From: Eledone cirrhosa
Lineage: Eukaryota
Direction of reading: 5' to 3'
NCBI GenBank assembly: GCA_964016885.1
Contig: OZ024757.1
Coordinates: forward strand, 34,162,001-34,226,000
DNA length: 64,000 bases
Shown here: positions 55,627 to 64,000 of the stretch, piece by piece
How positions within the stretch are numbered: position 1 is the stretch's first letter
Layout of the letters: each line of letters starts with the position of its first letter
Notes under the pieces: generated by a model
Seen by the model: only the letters and a program-made list of their open reading frames with translations
Told to the model about the DNA's origin: nothing
The model's database searches: none
Program-made: the position numbers and the translations under genes

Positions 55627-56294
55627 CACATACGATAGGCTTATCCAGTTTCCATTTATCAAATTTCACTCGCAAGACATTAACCAACCTGAGGTTATAG
55701 TAGAAGACACTTGCTCGAGGTGTCACACAGTCGTACTGAACCTAGAACCATTAGATTGTAACCACACAGCCATGTCAACACCTAATACTCGACATTTATT
55801 TATTTAAAAAAAATATATTATCATATTATCAGCCCTATCTCCTCTTCCTTTGACATTTGTTCCACCCATCCTCACCCCCACATCTTTCATCCTACTCAGT
55901 TCTAATTGATTTCTCTACATAAGACCCCCCACTGGCTGTCTAATGTTGTATTGATTTTTTTTGGGGGGGTCATTAATTTTGTTAAATTCAATCAGCTTTA
56001 TCATCATCATAATCACCATCATCATCATTTGACATCTGTTCTCCCTACTAGCAAGATTTGAACAGAATTTATCATCATCATCATTGTTTTTACATTGTTT
56101 TTTTTTTTTTTCTGTGGTAGCATGGGTTGGAATTGACCTTTTTGAGGCAATGTTTTACAGTTAGATTCCCTTCCTGAAACCAAGCCTTTCGGTTGCTTCT
56201 TATGAGATGTAGGAATATGTTGTATCTATTCGAAACTGGATGCAAATGCATACACACACAGACACACTTGTGTATGTATATATATATGTATATA

Positions 56295-56340
<46 letters not shown>

Positions 56341-56343
<3 letters not shown>

Positions 56344-56535
56344 GTTCCAGAACAGTTAATTCACCATTTCCAAGAACAATATGTTTCACCTAGGACGGAT
56401 CATCAGCTCGGTATAAAAATGGTGAAACATATTGATCTCGGAAATGGTGAATTAATTGTTGTGGAACCACTTCTACCAAACTCGTCCCATGGACTGAGTG
56501 CTCTACCACTACGGATATAGCCCACCAGTGTTCTA

Positions 56536-56540
<5 letters not shown>
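56341..56540. mobile_element. Family E palindromic hammerhead element
   Basis: Arms 56341-56390 and 56421-56470, tail with TGAGTGCT, (TA)n on both sides. Confidence 0.75.
56370..56411 (-). ncRNA. Minimal type I hammerhead ribozyme, family E
   Basis: Minus strand ccgag-CTGATGA-tccgtcctaggt-GAAA-catattg-TT-cttgg. 5-bp stem I, stem III ACA/TGT. Confidence 0.7.
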
Positions 56541-56575
<35 letters not shown>

Positions 56576-56899
56576 TGATGCGTTGTTTCCTTGAGCAAGG
56601 CACTTTATTTCACATTGCTCCAGTTTACTCAGCTGTAGAAATGAGATGATAGGGACTGGGGTCCATATCATTCCGCTGCAAAGCGGTCGTGGAGGTGGCA
56701 CGGCAAAAAATCACCCAGCCCACACTGTAAAGTGGACGTGTAGGCGCCACGGTAAAAAAAGCACCCAGCACTCACTGTAAATGAGGTTGGTGTTAGGAAG
56801 GGCATCCAGCTGTAGAAATCAAGCCAGAATCAGTTCCCATCCCACCCTTGCAAGCAGGGAAAAGTGGACGTAAAATGATGATGATGATGTGTGTGTGTT

Positions 56900-57069
56900 A
56901 GGTAATTCCGAAGAAAAAGCAAAGGAAAAAAGAGTGCTCTATGTATAGAACAGAGCTATTTAATTAGAAAGTGAACAACACAATATATAACTACTCCATT
57001 ACCAAAGGTTTCAGGATCCCAGACAATATTAATATACGCCTGGAGTTATATATTGTGTTGTTCACTTTC

Positions 57070-57075
<6 letters not shown>
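56900..57075. mobile_element. Palindromic element with decayed hammerhead-like loop (family I)
   Basis: Arms taattagaaagtgaacaacacaatatataact / agttatatattgtgttgttcactttctaatta. The loop on the minus strand reads CTGGGA-tcct-GAAA-cctttgg-TA. Confidence 0.5.
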
Positions 57076-57114
<39 letters not shown>

Positions 57115-57115
<1 letters not shown>

Positions 57116-57181
57116 AAAGTTGGGACCTGACGGCTGAGCTCTGGAACTAGCTGTTGAAACAGCAAGAACTCAGCCGTCAGG
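57115..57181 (+). mobile_element. Truncated family J hairpin
   Basis: ctgacggctgag...ctcagccgtcag, immediately after (TA)n. Confidence 0.55.
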
Positions 57182-57610
57182 GAGATTCAGTTAGGCAGAG
57201 TATGTGAGGCTGGCTCTTTGAATTACAAGTACAGTTCATTGTATATTATAGTATAAGTGGCTGAGCATTTGACTGATATGTGTAGTGTACTCTTATAGTA
57301 GTTCTCAGGGAGATTCAGTGTGACACAGTATGTGAAAAGTCTGGCACTTTGAATTATAGGTACAGTCTATCTTGTATTACAGTGTAAGTGGTTGAGTATT
57401 ACACAGACAGATGTACTCTTAATGGAATTCTCAGGGAGATTCAGCCACACATTGTGTAAAAAAGCTGGCTCTTTGAATTACAGGTATAGTTCATTGTGTA
57501 TTGTAGTGTAAGTAGTTGAGCATTCCACAGACATATGTACCCATAATGGAATTCTCAGGGAGATTCAGCAAAACATGGTGTCTGACAATACAGGACCTTT
57601 GAATTACTGG
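57178..57610 (-). repeat. ~126-bp tandem repeat x3.5 derived from a CORE-SINE tail
   Basis: cagggagattcag...ctttgaatta...gtaagtggctgagcatt. Reverse complement of 32500-32600. Confidence 0.8.
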
Positions 57611-58517
57611 TACTGTATTCCATCTGACGGGCTTCAAAACAGCTTCCATCTACTCAATTTCACTCACAAAACAAGGGTCGACCTGAGGTTTTGATAAATA
57701 TTACTGACTCTAGATAGCACACAGTGGGATCAAACCTGGGATGTAATGATAGCAGACTGAGTATCTTAACCAGTTGGTTATGTTGTGTCCACATTTCTAA
57801 GTGAACTGAAATGGTGGACAGATAATTTTTATAAGAAACATTTCCTGAAATATCATTTTGTAAGATATCTCCAAGTACTTATGGCAAACATGGTAATAAT
57901 TGGAAATAAGAATACGTAGATTTATCAGTAATCCTCAATGCTGCTATATAACAGTGTGGATATAATTACTTTAAACTTATTGGTAAATTCTATATATGAA
58001 TTATATATATACATAGATATTTGCATATGTGTGTATATATGCATACATATGCATACATATGTGTGTGTGTTTGTGTGCATGTATATATGTATATGCACAC
58101 ACATATATATACATATATATTTATATATATACAGTATGTATATATGTATAAGGCTATATATATATATGTGTGTGTGTGTGTATGTATAAATACATACATC
58201 CACACATTCACATATATTATAAAGAGTAAGATACTACATATAATGTAAAATCCTTTCTTGCATGCACAGGCACACACACGCGATACTTATCAAAATGTGA
58301 AGAACATAGAGAGATATTTTCAACTGCTTTGTTACATTAAGAGCTCTTTGAATCTTTTACAGAAATTTAATGAGTTTCATAAATAAAACCTGATTCTTGA
58401 GACAGGCATCTTTTATTATATATAAATTACCTTCATTTTATTTAGAAATATATTTATCGAGAAAATATACAACGAAGAATATTGTAGCCTTTACAATTAT
58501 TAATGATGTTCTGTTAT

Positions 58518-61500
58518 TAACCCTTTTGATATAATAATAATAATAATGAAATTATTATGTACAGTGCTCAGGTGCACTACAACTATATCAAACTGCCTGG
58601 AGCTGCCCTGGTTCTATGATATAAAGCTGTTTGTTTTATACTATTTATATTTATCTAAAAACTTTCTATCATAATTTTATGTAAGAACCTTTGTAAGGTT
58701 ATGTTCCAAACACCAACCTAACCCTTTTGATTCTAAACTGCCTGAAACACTCCTAGTTCTATGATATAAAGCTGTTTATATTTATCTAAAAACCTTCCAT
58801 CATAATTTTATGTAAGAACCTTTGTTAATCATTCTGAAACTAAACCACCTAAAGAGCCCATAGCAGTTTGTTTTAAAGTGTTTACAGTTATCTGAAGGCG
58901 GCAAATTGGCATAGTCGTTAGAACGTTGGAGAGATTGCTTTGTGGGAAGCGTTCTGGCTTTCTACTCTCTGAGTTCAAATCCCGCCGAAGTCAACTTTGC
59001 CTTTCATCTATTCAAGGTCAATAAAAAAGTACCAGTCTAGTACTGGGCTTGATTCTTCCTTTATATCTCATTCTCACTCACTCTATATCCTTCTCTGGAA
59101 GAAATCTGCTGTATTCAGACCTGGATAGGTGATGGGCTTCACCAGGTTTTAAAAGAAAAAGCCCTAGAAACGCCATATGTCAATATGACACCCCTACGAC
59201 TCCCTCAGGAGTTACGGGTCCATACATACACACCGTTATCTGAAAACCTTCCATCATAATTATATGTATGAACCTTTTCACTGTTATATTCCTAACAGCT
59301 GCATGAAAATGAAAAAATGAGTTATATTACTAAATTTCTACATTATTGATTATTTTCCAAATTATTGAAAATTCACAGGAGGTTCCTTTCGTTAGAAATA
59401 TAGTAACGAAAGGGATAAAAAAAGAAAAAAATTCATATTTTTTCTTTATTGTTTATGAAATAAATGTCTGTTGCTAAGCTGAATGTATCTTAGCCTTCAT
59501 TATCGCAGCCAAATCTGTGAATCTTAAAAAAAATATTGGGCACTGAATAAGGTTATTAAACAAGAAGTATGTTGGCTTTGAACAGGCCATATACTCTGAA
59601 ACCATATTTTGTCATGAACAGGTCATATAGAATCACCTCTATGTTCCTGTTGATATTATCCAGAACCTCTTCAACACTATTTGTTCCAATATAAAAACTA
59701 CCAGTCTAAGAGAAAAGATATCTTAACGCTTTAGCATTTACATTACTCAGTACATGGAGACTATGAAAAGATACAACAACAGAAACATTACCAATCTAAC
59801 AGAGGAGAGGGGACACCTTGAAGCTGGTCTTTAAAAAACTACTGAGATTGGAGGTGCCATATATTATCATCATCACCATATTATAAAGTTCATTTTGCAT
59901 ACTTGCATGTGTTAGACAGATTGTCATGTTATGTGACTAGTCAGGTCAGGTGACCATGTCTTGCCCATACAGATCTGTATATTGGTTTGATTTCTATGGC
60001 TGGATTTATTATACTGTCACAATGCTTTCAAAAACTAAAACTCAATTCCTATATTTTTCTGATGCTTTAGATTATGGACCGAAAGTCCCTTATAGACGTA
60101 TTCATGAAAAAGCGACCAGCTTTTCTGAGAAAAGTCATTTCAATGTATGGATTACCGGTGGGGCAATAAATGTAAAAGTTTCTCTTGATAAACGACCCAG
60201 TCACAGGATTAACTCCAACTTGTAAGTATTAAAATCTTTATAAAAACTATTACTAATGTCTAAAATAGCACCAAATACTCACAACCCTTTTGTGAGAATA
60301 TTTTTCACGAATAAACTGTCATCGTAAGCATCATTGTCATCTTGATTATTTAAAAAGGGATTTGAACATTATAGGCAGTCATTTATTAGAAAATATGGTA
60401 ATGAAAGGGTTAAAGCATTTATATTTATTTAAAATATTCCATCATAATTTCATGTAAGAATCTTTGTTTTAAGCAATAATTTAATAATAAGAAAGTTATC
60501 TATGTTGCTACATCCCTCCAAATTCTTGATTATTTACAAAATTATTTGAAAATTATAAGCAGTCTTTCATTAGATATATAGTAATGAAAGGGTTAAAGTG
60601 TTTATATTTATCTAAAAACCTTCTATCATAGTTTTATGTAAGAACTTTTGTTATGCTCCAGACACCAGAGAAATAATGAGAAAGTTACTAAATAACTTCA
60701 AATTCTTTTTTAGATGATCTGAAAATCATAGGCAGTGTTAAATTAAGATTTTAAGTTAATTATAAGCACCTTAATACAGCCTGCTTCTTTTCATTCAATT
60801 GTAATGTTTTATTTTCCCATTTAACCTTTTCATAACCATAATTCTAACGAAAGACAATGCCTATGATTGGTATGTCATATATACCAGTAATTCTGATGTA
60901 TATGACATACCAATCCTAGATTTCGAAAATTAAATATATTCAACACTATTGCTATCATTATATCCCACCGAGGTTAACTTTGCCGTTCATCTTATAAAAT
61001 AAAGTACCAGTAATACACTGGGATAATTGCTGGCCTTGTGCCAAAAGTAGAAACAATTATTAATGGACTGTACTGATATACTAGTTTCTAATGAAAGACA
61101 CTGCCTATGCTTTTCAAATAATTTTGAAAATAATCAAGAATTTGGAAAGATTTAATGGTATAACTAACTTTCATGCTGGTATTTGAAACATAACTTAACC
61201 TTTTAGCATTTACATTACTCTATATATACTATTGTATTTTTGTGGTAAACGTTTTATCTTACATAATTATCTCACATAATATCAAGTCTATGAGATTTTT
61301 ACATTATTTATTTTGAGAACAACACTTTAACATCAGTATGAGTAGCCAGTGACAGCTGGTTTGAACAGAAAGAGGTGAGAGAATTCTGGCCAGATATGGC
61401 CAGTTTAAATGCTAAAGGGTTAACAAAGGTTTTTACATGAAATTATGTTAGAAAGGTTTTAGATAAATCTAAGCACTTTGAAATACTGCTTTTCTTCATA

Positions 61501-61535
61501 GAACCAGACACAGCTTGGTATTCAATGGGCTAAAT
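58518..61535. mobile_element. Multiple fragments of a TTAA-type MITE family on both sides of the PLD exon
   Basis: ttaacccttttgatac...aaaaccttccatcataattttatgtaagaac...gtaatgaaagggttaa. Other copies at ~26560-26800, 39975-40190, 49500-49950 and 53570-53920. Confidence 0.6.
60071..60221 (+). CDS. PLD1: Phospholipase D1/2 homolog exon, N-terminal region into the PX domain (DYGPKVPYRRIHEKATSFSEKSHFNVWITGGAINVKVSLDKRPSHRINSNL)
   Basis: Acceptor tttttctgatgctttag|, donor TT|gtaagt, 151 nt, phase 1 to phase 2. Aligns by eye with human PLD1 VYIPFSAIY...YLSGCPIKAQV...PSINL. Confidence 0.85.
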
Positions 61536-61865
61536 TTAAAATTTGATCAAATTTTACGGTTTCTTTTTTTTTTTAAAATATAATCTTACTTGATAAATTT
61601 GTACAATTGATATTTGACTGTGCTATCAAATTGGCAGCCAGAGCTGATTGAACAGATCAGCACCAGCAATGTATAAAGTGATCTATTGTTTTATTATGGC
61701 CAACACATTTTCAATTAAAATGAATGTAGTTTTTCGACATTTCTAATTTTAGTTCTTTGTCTATTTTTGGTTGGAAATTTTGTCTGAAATCATTTATTGA
61801 AATAGAAATTGTATTTTGAGTGTCAAATAGCCATCAACTAAATAGACATTATCGGTTTCATTTAG

Positions 61866-61907
<42 letters not shown>

Positions 61908-63009
61908 ATCATCATCATCATTTAACATCTGCTTTCCCTGTTAGCGAGGGTTGGATGGAAGTGGGGCTACTGACCTCCCAGACGGGCTGAGGGATCTGTA
62001 TCCCGCTTATGTATGGTTATATCAAGAGCAGAGGAAAAGTTGTCAAGTCTTTTAATACACTGATGGGTCCTTCTAACCCCTAGTTTGACAAGCTTTCTAT
62101 GGTTGGATGTCCTTTCTAACACCAACCATTTTACAGCATGTACTAGGTGCTTTCATTGACATAACTAAAAATGTCATTGCCTCAAAAAACCCTGTTTAAC
62201 TTATGCCAGTATGGAAAAGTCAATATAAAACTAGGATGATGATATACATACATATATACATACATACATCCTTCCATCCATCTATCTATCCCTCTTATAT
62301 ACCAGATATACCATATCTCTATCTAAGGACCGCTGTCCACTCTACCATACACTATGAGGTGTCAGGTGACAATCTGCTGGACATGTACTCGCTGTCTCTC
62401 CCACTGTTTTTATCTCCCCCCCTCTTTCTCCCCACTCTCTATGGTCCTGTATGCTTTTGGTGGTGGTGGGGAGATTAATCGACAAAATCCGGGACCAAGG
62501 AAACAATGTTTCCATTTGTCTTTCCATTGTTGATACTATCTACCAGAAGGAAGATAGTATCACAACTCCTAGCAGAAGGAGCAATGTGAAATAAAGTGTC
62601 TTTCTTACCCAAGGGTGAATTGAACTCACAACTTCATGATTGCTAATCCACTTCTCTAACCACTAAGCTACATGCTTTATATCTACTGTTCTATTATTGT
62701 TATTCCTACTGTTGTCCTTTGCTGATGTCTCCTTTCCTTTACTTGATGTAAACCTCACTCTATTATTAAGGGCGGTGGGTTGGCAGTATTGGTAGAGGGT
62801 CAGACGCTATGCTTTGTAGTGTAGAGTTATGGCCCTTTATCTTCTGAGTTCAAATCCTGCCGAGTTAAATTTGCTTTTTATCCTTATGGGGTTGATAAAA
62901 TAAAGTACCAGTCACACACTGGGGTCGATTTAATCGACTTTCCCTTCCCCAAATATTGCTGGCCTTGTGCCTATAATAGAAATCATTATTATTCTTATTA
63001 TTTCCTCAG

Positions 63010-63138
63010 ATATAAAGTTGATTTGGGACATGAAGGTCAATGCTGGACCATTTATCGACGTTACAAACATTTCCGCAGTCTTCATGAGCAGCTCATGTTG
63101 TTCTTGGCTGGCATTCGACTTCCCGTTCCAACAAGACA
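63010..63138 (+). CDS. PLD1: Phospholipase D1/2 homolog exon, PX domain (LYKVDLGHEGQCWTIYRRYKHFRSLHEQLMLFLAGIRLPVPTR)
   Basis: Acceptor tttcctcag|, donor CA|gtgagt, 129 nt. The phase-2 start completes TT+A=Leu from the previous exon. Matches PLD1 [43 protein letters not shown]. The gene continues beyond the window. Confidence 0.92.
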
Positions 63139-64000
63139 GTGAGTATGTTTTCTATATATAATCAATATCCTTCATTAGCTGTTTGCCAGAGAAAAAACTG
63201 GCCATTTAAAAATTTGGGTGGAAAATGGAAAGAAAATTCCACTTTGGTACGGCCAAAACGCCTGTCCCATGAGGGTTACTAAAAAGATATTTTTTGAGCA
63301 GATAGAACAGCCTAAATAATTGGTTGTGTCAAAATTTTGTTACGATTGTTGCTAAAGTAGAAACAAAATTTAAAAGACTTACCAGTGGCAAAGATAGCCT
63401 GGCATTGTTTTGTTTTTTGTTACATTTAATTTCCTGTTTCAATAACTGACTAATCCTGGAATATTATCATGTCATTACCTGGTGGGTCCAGATAGAATGA
63501 CAGATGAGAAGATGCAAAAAAGACATCTGTACATTATGAACTTGGAACAGATTTTAACACTTTCTAAAAAGTTATTTTCCCATATTTATCAGTTACACAA
63601 GATAACTGTCTCGGGATATGCAATCTTTGTACATCCATCCCATACCTCCCAGGACAGGTAGCTGACCCATCACCAGTTTTTATGGCATGAAATGGAGATT
63701 GCAGTATATCTTTTGAACAGGCCAGTAATGCGCTGGAGTAATTGCTGGCCTTGTGCCAAAAGTAGAAACAATTATTTTTTTAAAAGTGGTGTGGCAAAGA
63801 GCAAAACAAAGTTCAGTAGAGTAAGTTTGATGGGAAACTAGAGATTGCCAACAATTTTGGGTGATTGTTTGGTGGGGCTGAACAGTTGACCTTTTTTCAA
63901 TATAACTTAATGTTAGATTACTGTAAAGGCAGATGTGGCATTTCAAATATCAGCCCATAATACTCAGCAGCCTGGTAGAAACTCCAGTTTGCCTTTTGTC

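Noticed and set aside
62967-63161. 64-aa ORF from the track
   Set aside because: Wrong frame; the real coding frame is the PLD PX exon 63010-63138.

Overview
AT-rich, microsatellite- and repeat-saturated eukaryotic DNA. The SINE repertoire (tRNA-headed CORE-type and Meta/Sauria-domain-type SINEs) suggests an octopus or other coleoid cephalopod; this is an inference. Almost every ORF in the supplied track is a low-complexity or repeat artefact. The only host gene I can support is a + strand phospholipase D1/2 homolog. It has two phase-compatible PX-domain exons (60071-60221, 63010-63138) and a probable ATG-containing exon at 13929-14001, which implies an intron of about 46 kb. The rest is SINEs, RTE/CR1 LINE remnants, hAT/Tc1/piggyBac-like MITEs, a probable tandem Helitron pair and minisatellites. 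The most striking signal is a set of short elements from several unrelated sequence families, mostly about 100-450 bp, most sitting at (TA)n/(TG)n tracts and most palindromic. They carry type I hammerhead ribozyme motifs: 8 with a full core and plausible stems, plus several degenerate ones. Several share a downstream GAGT(A/G)C motif. One lies downstream of a decayed GIY-YIG endonuclease C-terminus, which points to Penelope-like retroelement pLTR derivatives.
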